From an uncultured Planctomycetia bacterium (GTDB lineage Bacteria > Omnitrophota > Gorgyraeia > B26-G9), in NCBI GenBank assembly GCA_964437495.1, contig CAYTGV010000006.1, positions 18,529 to 82,528 on the forward strand: DNA of 64,000 bases, written 5' to 3'. The notes under the pieces are model-generated. The model searched no databases. It saw only the letters and a list, made by a program, of their open reading frames with translations, and was not told the origin of the DNA. Positions 18,703 to 28,359 of this stretch are shown here, one piece after another (within the stretch, counting starts at the first letter, position 1; every line of letters starts with the position of its first letter). Position numbers and translations under genes: made by a program.

Positions 18703-21415
18703 TTTTTATTTTCTCCAATTTCTCCATTTCCTGCTTTAATTCAAGCAGGCTTTGCTTTTCCCTTTCCACAATAGCAGCCGGAGCTTTTTTAACATAATTC
18801 AGATTCCCCAGCAGTTTATTCTTGCGCATTATATGAGCATTTAATTCCTTTATCTGATCTTCTATTTTTTGTTTTTTATCACTCGCATCAAGCGCGCTAT
18901 CTCCTTTAACGATCATAGAGATGACCGCACCGGCAGCGGTAGTTGACAAAGCTCCGCCTTGAGCGATATCTGTTGTAGAGGCAAATTTAAGCTCCTTAAC
19001 CTTTGCAAGATTTCTAAGATAATCCGCATTATTATTAAGCAACTGCAAAATCTGCGCGTTATCGGATCCGATACTAACAAAACTTACATCTGCTGGTTTA
19101 ATGTTGTCCAGACTTCTAAGATTTCTTATACCAATACAAACATCCATCACAGACTGCATTTCATTCTCAGAATTTATATCTATATAATCCTCATCGATCT
19201 CAGGCCAGGCAACAGACATGATCGATGTTTTACTTCCGGTAACTTTTTGCCAGATCTCATCAGTAATAAGCGGAATAAAAGGATGCATTATTCTGAGACT
19301 TTTATCAAGTATATTATAGAGAACTGCCTTTGTCAGAATACTATCAATATTCTGCTTAGAGGCCTCGATATACCAATCGCAAAACTGATGCCAGAAAAAC
19401 TCATAAATAGTATTTGCCGCTTCATTGAGTCTATAAAGGCTTAGGGACTTATTCAATTTTTTAAGCGTAGAATTAAAACAGCTGAGTATCCAGGCATCGG
19501 CTAGATTGAGCTCGCTCAGAGGCGGTATCTTCTGCGCCGCGGCGTCAACCCCGTCCAGATTTAATAAAATAAAACGTGATGCATTCCAGATTTTATTACA
19601 AAAATTTCTGCCGAATTCAAATTTCTCTTTAGCCAGATATACATCCTGGCCCATGGAGGTAATGGAAATTAAACTAAAACGCATAGCGTCCGTTCCGTAT
19701 TCTGAGATAACCTCAAGCGGGTCAATGCTATTGCCGAGTGACTTGGACATCTTTTTACCTTCATTATCGCGCACAGTTCCATGAATATATACATCTTTAA
19801 ACGGAATATCCCCCATAAACTCAAAACCAGCCATAATCATGCGGGCTACCCAGAAAAAAATGATCTCAGGCGCAGTAACCAGCACTGAGGTTGGATAAAA
19901 ATACTCTAATTCCTTTTTTGCTATCTTCTGTTTTCCGTCTTCTGTTTTCTGATTAAACGGCCAGCCAAAAGTAGCAAAAGGCCATAGCCAGCTTGAAAAC
20001 CATGTATCCAGCACATCTTCATCCTGTACAAGATCATTTGATCCGCATTCCGGACATTTTTCCGGTTTCTCCCGGGAAACTATTACACCTTTAGCTTTCT
20101 CCTTAGTAATTAGTAATTTATCATCTGTAATTAGGCTTGCTGCTGCCTCCTCACATTTTCTACAATAATACACTGGAAGCCGATGCCCCCACCAGATCTG
20201 ACGGGAAATACACCAATCCTGGATATTTTCCATCCAGTTTAAATAAACCTTAGTCCACCTTTGAGGATGGAAGTTAATCCTTCCGTCCTTTACTGCCTCA
20301 AGTGCCGGCCCAGCCAGCGACTTCATGTTCACAAACCACTGTTTGGAATAATATGGCTCAATCACAGTATGACATCTATAACAATGTCCCACCGCATGAG
20401 AATGCGCATCAATTTTTACTAAAAGACCCTGGACTTTTAAATCATCAATTATATCTTTACGGGCTTTAAACCGATCCCTTCCATTGTAGTCACCGGCATT
20501 TTCATTACAAATTCCGTTTGGATGCAAAACATTTATAAATTCAAGATCATGCCTTTTGCCAATCGCATAGTCATTGGGATCATGAGCTGGGGTGACTTTA
20601 ACTGCACCTGTTCCAAATTCAGGATCGACAAAATCATCTGCAATTATCTTAATTTCCCTATTCATCAAAGGCAAAATTACAGTTTTGCCGACAAGTTTTT
20701 TATATCTTTTATCCTCAGGATGAACAGCCACAGCCGTATCGCCAAGCATTGTCTCCGGTCTTGTCGTTGCAACTTGAATAAAATCATTAGTCCCCTTAAT
20801 CGGATATTTTATATGATATAAATTCCCCTGTATATCTTTATGCGGCGCTTCTTCATCTGAGAGTGCGGTCTGACATCTAGGGCACCAATTAATTATGCGA
20901 TTGCCACGGTAAATCAGTCCTTTATCATACAATCGAATAAAAACCTCAAGTACCGCATCGCTATATCCTTTATCCATTGTAAATCTTAATCTCTGCCAAT
21001 CACACGCACAGGCAAGCCTTCTCAGCTGTTTTATAATTGTAGAACCATATTCCTGCTTCCAGGCCCATACATGTTCAAGAAATTTTTCCCGGCCCAGATC
21101 ATCTCTGGTAAGTTTTTCTTTTGCCAGTTTGCGCTCAACTACATTCTGAGTGGCAATACCGGCATGATCAGTCCCCGGCATCCAAAGGGTTTCAAACCCA
21201 GCCATTTTTTTATATCGGATCAGGATATCCTGAATCGTATTATTCAGAGCATGGCCCATATGGAGAATCCCGGTAACATTTGGCGGTGGAATTAAAATTG
21301 AAAATGGTCTTTTGGAATGGTCGATTTTCCCATGGAAAAATGATTTTTTTTCACAGGATAGATATTGCTTTTCCTCAATATCCTTAAAACTATATTTTTT
21401 AGCAAGCTCTTCCAC
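18686..21415 (-). CDS. valS: Valine--tRNA ligase (with two repeat-derived insertions)
   Basis: PPPNVTG.LHMGHA, GTDHAGIATQ, TTRPET, WCISRQIWWGH, DVLDTWFSS, KMSKS. Confidence 0.98.
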   Translation of the reverse strand: MEELAKKYSFKDIEEKQYLSCEKKSFFHGKIDHSKRPFSILIPPPNVTGILHMGHALNNTIQDILIRYKKMAGFETLWMPGTDHAGIATQNVVERKLAKEKLTRDDLGREKFLEHVWAWKQEYGSTIIKQLRRLACACDWQRLRFTMDKGYSDAVLEVFIRLYDKGLIYRGNRIINWCPRCQTALSDEEAPHKDIQGNLYHIKYPIKGTNDFIQVATTRPETMLGDTAVAVHPEDKRYKKLVGKTVILPLMNREIKIIADDFVDPEFGTGAVKVTPAHDPNDYAIGKRHDLEFINVLHPNGICNENAGDYNGRDRFKARKDIIDDLKVQGLLVKIDAHSHAVGHCYRCHTVIEPYYSKQWFVNMKSLAGPALEAVKDGRINFHPQRWTKVYLNWMENIQDWCISRQIWWGHRLPVYYCRKCEEAAASLITDDKLLITKEKAKGVIVSREKPEKCPECGSNDLVQDEDVLDTWFSSWLWPFATFGWPFNQKTEDGKQKIAKKELEYFYPTSVLVTAPEIIFFWVARMIMAGFEFMGDIPFKDVYIHGTVRDNEGKKMSKSLGNSIDPLEVISEYGTDAMRFSLISITSMGQDVYLAKEKFEFGRNFCNKIWNASRFILLNLDGVDAAAQKIPPLSELNLADAWILSCFNSTLKKLNKSLSLYRLNEAANTIYEFFWHQFCDWYIEASKQNIDSILTKAVLYNILDKSLRIMHPFIPLITDEIWQKVTGSKTSIMSVAWPEIDEDYIDINSENEMQSVMDVCIGIRNLRSLDNIKPADVSFVSIGSDNAQILQLLNNNADYLRNLAKVKELKFASTTDIAQGGALSTTAAGAVISMIVKGDSALDASDKKQKIEDQIKELNAHIMRKNKLLGNLNYVKKAPAAIVEREKQSLLELKQEMEKLEKIKIAFKK
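19924..19951. repeat. Heptamer array inside valS (encodes QKTEDGKQK)
   Basis: TCTTCTG TTTTCCG TCTTCTG TTTTCTG on the + strand. Confidence 0.75.
20103..20137. repeat. Heptamer array inside valS (encodes SLITDDKLLITK)
   Basis: TTAGTAA TTAGTAA TTTATCA TCTGTAA TTAGGCT. Positions 20104-20118 equal intergenic 31625-31639. Confidence 0.72.
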
Positions 21416-21419
21416 GATA

Positions 21420-22994
21420 TTATTTTTTAGTTTCCTTTTCCTTCAGCAATTTATATTCAATACTGTCTACCAGAGCCTGCCAACTTGCTTCTATTATATT
21501 CTCAGACACTCCCACTGTCCACCAGGAGTTTTTTTCATCCTGTGACTCTATAAAAACACGAACTTTCGCCGCTGTCCCAGCCTTAGAATCCAAAACACGC
21601 ACCTTAAAATCAGACAAATGCATGCGCTCTAATTCCGGATAAAAACCGGATAGTGCTTTACGCAAAGCACTATCAAGAGCATTTACAGGCCCTTCTCCTT
21701 CGCTTGCCGTATGCACACGAACTTTCCCTACCTTTAATTTCACAGTTGCTTCAGAAATAAGAGTATTATCCTGTCTTTTTTCCACAATTACTCTAAATCC
21801 GTCAAGTTCAAAGAATTTTTTGATTTTTTTAAGCGTCTTTTTAATAAGCAATTCAAATGAAGCCTCAGCCGCTTCAAATTGATACCCCTCATACTCAAGC
21901 TCCTGAATTTGCCTATGCAGCTTTTTAGTGCTCTTATCATTTTTTTCCAGATCAAAAGACAGCTGTTTAGCCTTAAACAATATACTTGTTTTTCCGGCAA
22001 GCTCAGAAGCAAGAAAGCGGCGTTTATTCCCCACTGTTTCAGGCGCTATCTGCTCATAGGTCAAGACATTCTTTATCATTGCGTTTATATGCACTCCGGC
22101 CTTATGCGCAAATGCGGAAGTTCCCACAAAAGGCTGATTATCCTGCTGCTTCATATTGCTTACTTCACTGACATAGCGTGAGACTTCAGTAAGCTCCTTT
22201 AAATTTGCCCCGCCCACAGCCTTCATTTTAAGCTTCAATTCAAGGCAGCCGATTATTGCGCAAAGGTCAGCGTTGCCGCAGCGTTCGCCGTAGCCGTTTA
22301 TCGTTCCCTGGACATGAGAACATCCTGCCTCAACAGCAGCAATGCTGTTGGCCACAGCCATGCCGTTATCATTATGGACATGAATCCCTATTTCAACATT
22401 AAGAGTATTTTTTACCTTGGTAACTATATCTTTAATTTCAGAGGTTATTGTTCCTCCATTAGTGTCACATAATATAAGGCATTGCGCTCCTGCATTTTGA
22501 GCCGCAAGCAATGTTTTAAGCGCATATTCTGGGTTATGTTTATAGCCGTCAAAAAAATGTTCCGCATCATAAAAAGCAGTTATTTTTTTCAAACGAATAA
22601 ACTTTATGGTATCTGTAATCATAGCCAGGTTCTCATCAAGCGATGTCTTTAAAACATCCTTAACATGCATATCCCAACTTTTGCCGAAAATTGTAATAAA
22701 CTTAACGCCTGAGTTAATAATCTCCTTAAGTATCGGATCTTTGGATGCAGGCATATCCTTCCTGCGCGTGCTGCCAAAAGCAACAATCTTTGAATTTTTA
22801 AAACGCATTTTTCTTACAGCCTTAAAAAATTCCAAATCCTTGGGATTAGAACCAGGCCAACCTCCTTCTAAAAAATCTATCCCCAGTTCATCAAGCTTTT
22901 TGGCAATAAGTATCTTATCGTTCACCGAATAAGATATGCCCTCTGTCTGGGCACCGTCTCGAAGCGTTGTATCATAGATTGTAACCTTACGCAT
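21420..22994 (-). CDS. cimA: Citramalate synthase
   Basis: YDTTLRDGAQ.EG, EGGWPGSNPKD, FGKSW, DAEHFFDG, GYGERCGNA, AFAHKAG.H, C-terminal regulatory domain (GPVNALD.ALRKAL). Confidence 0.93.
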   Translation of the reverse strand: MRKVTIYDTTLRDGAQTEGISYSVNDKILIAKKLDELGIDFLEGGWPGSNPKDLEFFKAVRKMRFKNSKIVAFGSTRRKDMPASKDPILKEIINSGVKFITIFGKSWDMHVKDVLKTSLDENLAMITDTIKFIRLKKITAFYDAEHFFDGYKHNPEYALKTLLAAQNAGAQCLILCDTNGGTITSEIKDIVTKVKNTLNVEIGIHVHNDNGMAVANSIAAVEAGCSHVQGTINGYGERCGNADLCAIIGCLELKLKMKAVGGANLKELTEVSRYVSEVSNMKQQDNQPFVGTSAFAHKAGVHINAMIKNVLTYEQIAPETVGNKRRFLASELAGKTSILFKAKQLSFDLEKNDKSTKKLHRQIQELEYEGYQFEAAEASFELLIKKTLKKIKKFFELDGFRVIVEKRQDNTLISEATVKLKVGKVRVHTASEGEGPVNALDSALRKALSGFYPELERMHLSDFKVRVLDSKAGTAAKVRVFIESQDEKNSWWTVGVSENIIEASWQALVDSIEYKLLKEKETKK

Positions 22995-23071
22995 TTAATA
23001 AACTCCTTATTTTTTGCTTCTTTCTCAATTAACTTAATTCAAGAACCTAATCACAAGGTCATTCTTTTTAT

Positions 23072-24304
23072 TTATTTTTTCTTTTTTTTATCAAGCCCAA
23101 AAGCATTATGCAGAGCCTTTACTGCTAATTCGGCTTTTGCCTTAGCAATTACACAAGAAATACTGATTTCAGAAGTCGAAATCATCTCAATATTGATCTT
23201 TTTATCTGCCATTATTTCAAACATCTTTGCCGCAACGCCCGGATGGCTTTTCATGCCCACACCAACAATGGATACTTTAGCTATATCCTCATCAAATGTC
23301 ACCTTTTCCGCTTTGATCTTTTTAGCTATCTCTCTTGTCGTCTTCAGGGACTTTTGCAAGTCCGCCTTCGGCACTGTAAAAGAAATATCCGTGCGTCTTG
23401 TCCGGCTAATATTCTGAATGATCATATCAACATTAATCTGCGTGTCCGCTAGGATCTTAAAAATTTTAGCCGCGATCCCAGGCCTATCAGGGACATCGCA
23501 TATCGTCATTTTCGCTTCTTTTTTTTCAAAAGTTACTCCGGAAATAACAACACCTTCCCACATTGGCTTCACCTCCTTAAGAATTATCGTACCCTCTGCT
23601 TTAGAAAAACTTGAGCGTACATGAATAGGTACGTTGAATTTTTTTGCAAATATTACTGAACGCGCCTGTAAGACCTGCAAACCCAGCGAGGCCATTTCAA
23701 GCATTTCATCATAACTCAGGTAATCAATTTTCCGGGCATTAGGCACTAAACGCGGATCAGCCGTAAAAACACCTTCGACATCTGTATTCATTTCGCACAT
23801 ACAACCGCCCAAAGCCTTACTCAAAGCAACAGCCGTAAGATTAGATCCGCCCCGGCCCAAAGTAGTGATCTCCTGATTTTCCGTTATACCCTGAAAACCA
23901 GCAACAATAACGATCTTTCCTTTAGACAATTGCTGCTCGATCCTTTTGCCATCAACATTGATTAGTCTTGCTTTTGAAAAAGATGTATCAGTCATTATCC
24001 CTACCTGAGCACCGGTAAATGATATGGCCTCATAGCCAAGCCTATGGATCGCCATGGCTAAAAGAGCCACAGAAACCTGCTCTCCAGTCGAGACAAGCAT
24101 ATCATACTCTCTCTCTGAGGGATTATCGGTTATCTGTTTTGCCAGTTCAATAAGCTTATCAGTAGTATCACCCAATGCTGAGACAACAACCACAACATTA
24201 TAGCCCTTTTTCCGGGTAGCCACTACCCTCTTGGCAACGTTTTTAATACAATCAGGATTGGCTACTGAGCTACCACCGTATTTTTGCACAATTGTCTTTT
24301 TCAT
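23072..24304 (-). CDS. lysC: Aspartate kinase
   Basis: VQKYGGSSV, VVSALGDTTD, TTLGRGGS, TDVEGV..ADPR, two ACT domains. Start at MKKTIVQK (24304). Confidence 0.96.
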   Translation of the reverse strand: MKKTIVQKYGGSSVANPDCIKNVAKRVVATRKKGYNVVVVVSALGDTTDKLIELAKQITDNPSEREYDMLVSTGEQVSVALLAMAIHRLGYEAISFTGAQVGIMTDTSFSKARLINVDGKRIEQQLSKGKIVIVAGFQGITENQEITTLGRGGSNLTAVALSKALGGCMCEMNTDVEGVFTADPRLVPNARKIDYLSYDEMLEMASLGLQVLQARSVIFAKKFNVPIHVRSSFSKAEGTIILKEVKPMWEGVVISGVTFEKKEAKMTICDVPDRPGIAAKIFKILADTQINVDMIIQNISRTRRTDISFTVPKADLQKSLKTTREIAKKIKAEKVTFDEDIAKVSIVGVGMKSHPGVAAKMFEIMADKKINIEMISTSEISISCVIAKAKAELAVKALHNAFGLDKKKKK

Positions 24305-24315
24305 AATAGTATATA

Positions 24316-24344
24316 ATTTTACCGCAAAATTCATACTACGTCAA
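24316..24344 (-). promoter_or_regulatory. Sigma70-type promoter for lysC
   Basis: TTGACG-17 nt-TAAAAT, ending 12 nt before the ATG. Confidence 0.7.
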
Positions 24345-24394
24345 TAGTTACAATAATTTTATAATGTCAAGAACTCTGTTGCTTTTTTAAGCAG

Positions 24395-24549
24395 TTGTGC
24401 TAGGAAAACTGTTTTTGCGGATTTAAAGATTGCTTTTACATGCCTGCCCAGCCGCATTACAGGCGTGGGGATGAACAAAAGCAATCCCTCCCTCGCAGAT
24501 AGCCAAGAATGGCTATCGAGAATGAGTAAAAATAGTTTTTCTAATACAA
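24395..24549 (+). repeat. 155-bp branched inverted-repeat element (MITE-like or structured RNA)
   Basis: 24-bp terminal stem 24395-24418/24526-24549 enclosing two hairpins (24428-24486 and 24498-24517). Confidence 0.7.
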
Positions 24550-24662
24550 TTTACACTTAAAGACCTTCTAATGTTTTGTGCTTACCATTTATAAAAGCAA
24601 CAGACTTTCCTGGAATATCAATAATTTTAATTATCTTCGCGCAAAGCAGGATAGGACCGCTG

Positions 24663-25613
24663 TTAGGATTCATTCATATGCGTTTTTAGGATGGTTTTTG
24701 TTTGGATTTTATCTTTTTGCAGCTGCCTTTTAAGCAGCTGGGCAGAATGAAATTTCTTCTCATTTCTAATCTTTTTTATGAAAAACAGCTCAAGGATCTG
24801 TCCATATATATATTTGTCAAAATTAAATATATTTGCCTCAATTGCCAGCTTATGAGCCTCAGGATAAAAAGTCGGCCGCCTGCCGATATTAAGCATACCG
24901 CCATACCATTTATTTTTGATCTTCGCAATAACTGCATATACTCCATTCGGCGGCAGGGCCTCTTGCTGCGGGTCAATATTAGCAGTCGGATATCCCAATA
25001 TTCTTCCCCGGCTGTCCCCTTTGACAACAGTGCCTAAAACGCTAAACCTCCGGCCTAAAAGTCTGCTGGTATCGTAAAGCCTGCCCTTCTCAATAAGGGT
25101 TCTAATCGATGAGCTGCTTACTATTTTACCTGTTTTTTTAACAGATTCAAAAATATTCACTTTGAATCCTGAATTCTGTGCTGCTTTTTGAAGCAGTTTT
25201 GTATTGCCGCTTTTATTTTTGCCGAAATTGAAATTTTTTCCAATCACCAGATATTTTGCATGCAGACGCCCCAGCAATATATTATCAATAAAATCCTGCG
25301 GACTCATGCCGGCAAAACTTTTTCCAAAATCAACTATCAGACAAATATCCGGATTCAATTGTGCGATTAGCGCTACTCGGTGTTCAATACTGGTAAGCAG
25401 AGCAGGCGTTTTACCAGGATTGGTAATACGCATTGGATGCGGATAGAAAGTAAGCACAATACTAATTCCCTTTAAATCACGCGCCATAGAAACCGCACTT
25501 TTGATTATCTTCTTATGGGCAATATGCACGCCGTCAAAAGTCCCAATGGCAACAACCACAGGCCCTTTATATTTTTCTGCGCTGAAATTATTTATTCCCT
25601 TTATGATTTTCAT
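24663..25613 (-). CDS. ribF: Riboflavin kinase / FAD synthetase
   Basis: IGTFDGVH..H, TF.PHP, NFNFG, VSSS.IR, G..RGR.LGYPTAN, GVY, NIG.RPT, R.EKKF. Confidence 0.97.
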   Translation of the reverse strand: MKIIKGINNFSAEKYKGPVVVAIGTFDGVHIAHKKIIKSAVSMARDLKGISIVLTFYPHPMRITNPGKTPALLTSIEHRVALIAQLNPDICLIVDFGKSFAGMSPQDFIDNILLGRLHAKYLVIGKNFNFGKNKSGNTKLLQKAAQNSGFKVNIFESVKKTGKIVSSSSIRTLIEKGRLYDTSRLLGRRFSVLGTVVKGDSRGRILGYPTANIDPQQEALPPNGVYAVIAKIKNKWYGGMLNIGRRPTFYPEAHKLAIEANIFNFDKYIYGQILELFFIKKIRNEKKFHSAQLLKRQLQKDKIQTKTILKTHMNES

Positions 25614-25901
25614 AATATTTATATTTTACTTCTTTCTCATTTAGTGCGTACTTCATAAAAGATGCTTGGAGAATTTTGAAGCAATTTCACAAATTTAGGC
25701 AAATTAGCATTGTGTTTTTGGGTACCCTTTTGGACGCTAGGATTGTCTAAGCCCTCCTCACTTTGGCGGGGAAGTTACACAGCGTCAAAAATATAGAGTT
25801 ACTTTCCCCCTCCCGCCTCACTTTGATGGGAAAATGGGTGTAAGCGTAAAATTCACCAATCATCTTGCCGTAACTTTTTACTATTTTAATTAAGAATAAA
25901 T

Positions 25902-26588
25902 CTATATTTTTATAATCCTGCTGTTGATATCGGCTATCGCACACTCTTTTATCTCTTCAACCTTGATCGCATTATCTACCTTATAACCCCCCACACCCAA
26001 ACGCCGCAGCCCATTCATATGCGCGCCACAGCCAAGCACCTCACCAATATCCTCACAAAGAGTTCTGACATATGTACCTTTTGAACACAATATACTAAAA
26101 TATATATCCGGCAGATCAATGGATTTAATATCTATGCCTGTAATTTTTATTAACTGAGGCTTTCTTTCTATGGAAATGCCTTTTCTCGCAAGAGCATAAA
26201 GCTTTTTGCCGCCGATCTTTTTAGCGCTCATCATTGGCGGTACTTGTTGAGTCTCACCTTTGAAACGTTCAATAACCTGTTTAATCTTCTCATTGGAAAA
26301 GTTTAAAACCTCATTTTTTGATATTATTTTTCCGGTATGATCAGCCGTATCAGTCTTTATTCCAAGCGTAAGCCTTATGTCATAGGTCTTATCAAGCGAG
26401 GCAAAAGAACTGGCCTTTTTTGTCGCAGACTTGTCTATTAAAACAAGTAAAAGCCCCGTAGCCTCAGGATCTAAAGTTCCCGCGTGTCCGATCTTTCTTA
26501 TGTTAAGCTTAGCCCTAAGAATGTCAATAACATCATGCGAAGTCATTCCCTTAGGCTTATCTACAAGTAATAATCCGTTTATATCCAT
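25902..26588 (-). CDS. truB: tRNA pseudouridine(55) synthase (short form, no PUA domain)
   Basis: DKP.GMTSHD, KIGHAGTLDP.ATG, QVPP.MSA.K, CSKGTYVR. Confidence 0.96.
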   Translation of the reverse strand: MDINGLLLVDKPKGMTSHDVIDILRAKLNIRKIGHAGTLDPEATGLLLVLIDKSATKKASSFASLDKTYDIRLTLGIKTDTADHTGKIISKNEVLNFSNEKIKQVIERFKGETQQVPPMMSAKKIGGKKLYALARKGISIERKPQLIKITGIDIKSIDLPDIYFSILCSKGTYVRTLCEDIGEVLGCGAHMNGLRRLGVGGYKVDNAIKVEEIKECAIADINSRIIKI

Positions 26589-26635
26589 ATCTTAAAAGCA
26601 GTCCTGTGTCATGAGTATTGCGGTTGAAACCTAAG

Positions 26636-26696
26636 GACGATGGACGATCGTTCTCCCGCCAGAATACAGCGAGATCACTAGGACGATAGACGAAAA
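26636..26696. repeat. TCGTCC-array/hairpin repeat; inverted copy of 48341-48401
   Basis: Its reverse complement matches 48341-48401 at 52/61 positions. Confidence 0.88.
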
Positions 26697-26907
26697 CAAT
26701 CAATACACGATGCTAAATACTGTTTTTGTCTTCTCCTGCAATACAAGACACTTTTTCATGATTAATATCGGTTGCCAATAGTTAATATTAATGACCAAAG
26801 GTTACATAAAAAGCAATGTTCATTTGATTTGAAAATAATATTTTACCTTAATTTTTTAATACGCTTGCTTTTATCTCGCCTTTGTTTTTTACTTTTTACT
26901 TAGGATT

Positions 26908-26956
26908 GCGTCCTTCGTCCTAACGAGCAAAGCGAGTGTTCGTCTCTCGTCCTTCG
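26908..26956. repeat. TCGTCC array with a CGAGCAAAGCGAG core
   Basis: GCGTCCT TCGTCCT AACGAGCAAAGCGAGTGT TCGTCTC TCGTCCT, preceded by a TTTTTAC array as at 13561-13600. Confidence 0.72.
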
Positions 26957-26993
26957 GTTAATGAAAACTGCCATCTGAAAGCTGCAAGCTAAT

Positions 26994-27980
26994 CTAGGCC
27001 TTTCCATTTCTTTTCTTGATTGCTTCACTCACAACACTTATTAGCATCTTCTCAGCCTCATCCATACCCTTTTCAATAACACAGCCGCTGGCTGCCTGAT
27101 GCCCCCCACCGCCAAAAGTTTTAGCGATAAGATTTACATCAATATCTGTTTTGGATCTAAAGCTGACTTTAACGCCCGGTTTATTGTCCATTTCTCTTAA
27201 AAAAGCAACAACCTCCGCGCCCTCTATCATACGCACAAAAGCAATGAAATCCTCACAACAATCCGCGCTAAGACCATTCCTGGTTATCATCTCATTTGTC
27301 ACCCGAAACCAGACAAATTTAGAATCATCTGTTTTTTTAAGATTTGCCAGGACTTCGGCCAAAAGCTTAAAAGTATTGAATGATTTTGTTTCATAAACAT
27401 GCTCATAAACCTGTTTAGGGTTAACATTATACAGCAAAAGATCAGCGGCGATTTGATGTGTTCTTGGTGATGTATTGGAGTAGCGGAAAGAACCCGTGTC
27501 TGTCATTATTGCCACATATATGCATAATGCACTGGCATCATCAAGGGCAACATTACTGGCCTTAAACAGCTCAAAGACCATCTCCCCGGCTGAAGAACAA
27601 TGCGCATCAACCCAGTTTATATCCCCGAATTTACTATTACTAATATGATGATCGATATTAACAATATATTTTCCTTGGATAATATCCTTAACAGATCCTA
27701 TCCTCTCAAGTGTTGGGGAATCTAGGATTATGGCAACCTCAAAGTCCACTTTTTGCTTATCTATGGACTCAATTTGTTCAACACATTCAGTATCAGGCAT
27801 AAACAATATATTCTTCGGCACACAGTCCTGATTGATTATTCTGACCTGCTTACCCAGCATTTTTAGTAAACCTGCCATTGCCAGCTGAGAGCCTATGGCA
27901 TCACCTTCAGGATTAACATGCCCGGCGATCAAAAATCTATTATGACTTTTTATAACATCAAATATCTGTTTTGCTATCAT
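26994..27980 (-). CDS. nrnA: DHH/DHHA1 oligoribonuclease/PAP phosphatase NrnA
   Basis: H.NPEGDAIGS, NIDHH, TDTGSF, SFRS, GGGGH..ASG. Located between rbfA and truB. Confidence 0.93.
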   Translation of the reverse strand: MIAKQIFDVIKSHNRFLIAGHVNPEGDAIGSQLAMAGLLKMLGKQVRIINQDCVPKNILFMPDTECVEQIESIDKQKVDFEVAIILDSPTLERIGSVKDIIQGKYIVNIDHHISNSKFGDINWVDAHCSSAGEMVFELFKASNVALDDASALCIYVAIMTDTGSFRYSNTSPRTHQIAADLLLYNVNPKQVYEHVYETKSFNTFKLLAEVLANLKKTDDSKFVWFRVTNEMITRNGLSADCCEDFIAFVRMIEGAEVVAFLREMDNKPGVKVSFRSKTDIDVNLIAKTFGGGGHQAASGCVIEKGMDEAEKMLISVVSEAIKKRNGKA

Positions 27981-28359
27981 CTTCTACCTCATCTCCTTCT
28001 TCTTTTTCCCTTGTTTCTCTCTCTGTCTCGATCTTTTCAAATATTTTTCCAATATGCAAATTATATTCTGTTGTTGTATCGAGCTTGAAAAATATCTCCG
28101 GTGTATAGCGCAGCTCCATAGTGTCCCCAACTAATTTTCTGATATATGAGTTTGCGCTTTTTAACCCATCATGCGCATCCTTCTTCTTATCATCCTCACC
28201 TAAAACGCTGTAAAAAACCTTTGCAATCCGCAAATCACTAGTAATCTCAACATTTGTTATCGTTATAAAACCGATGCGCGGATCTTTTATCTTGCTTTGG
28301 ATAATACTGCTAATTTCCTCTTTTATGCGCTGTGCGACTTTTTCTTTTCTTTGACTCAT
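27958..28359 (-). CDS. rbfA: Ribosome-binding factor A
   Basis: R.EKV...IK.EIS, KDPRI, T.DL..AKV, LRYTPE..F..D. Start at MSQR. Confidence 0.95.
   Translation of the reverse strand: MSQRKEKVAQRIKEEISSIIQSKIKDPRIGFITITNVEITSDLRIAKVFYSVLGEDDKKKDAHDGLKSANSYIRKLVGDTMELRYTPEIFFKLDTTTEYNLHIGKIFEKIETERETREKEEGDEVEDDSKTDI

Noticed and set aside
24345-24662. Lysine riboswitch upstream of lysC
   Set aside because: The conserved AGAGG.GC and GCCGA core motifs are not seen on the minus strand, the structure favours the + strand, and a promoter lies between it and the ATG.
25614-25901. FMN riboswitch upstream of ribF; 65-aa ORF 25747-25944
   Set aside because: No AGGGCGGGGUGAAAUUCCC-like core. The ORF overlaps truB and has no motif.
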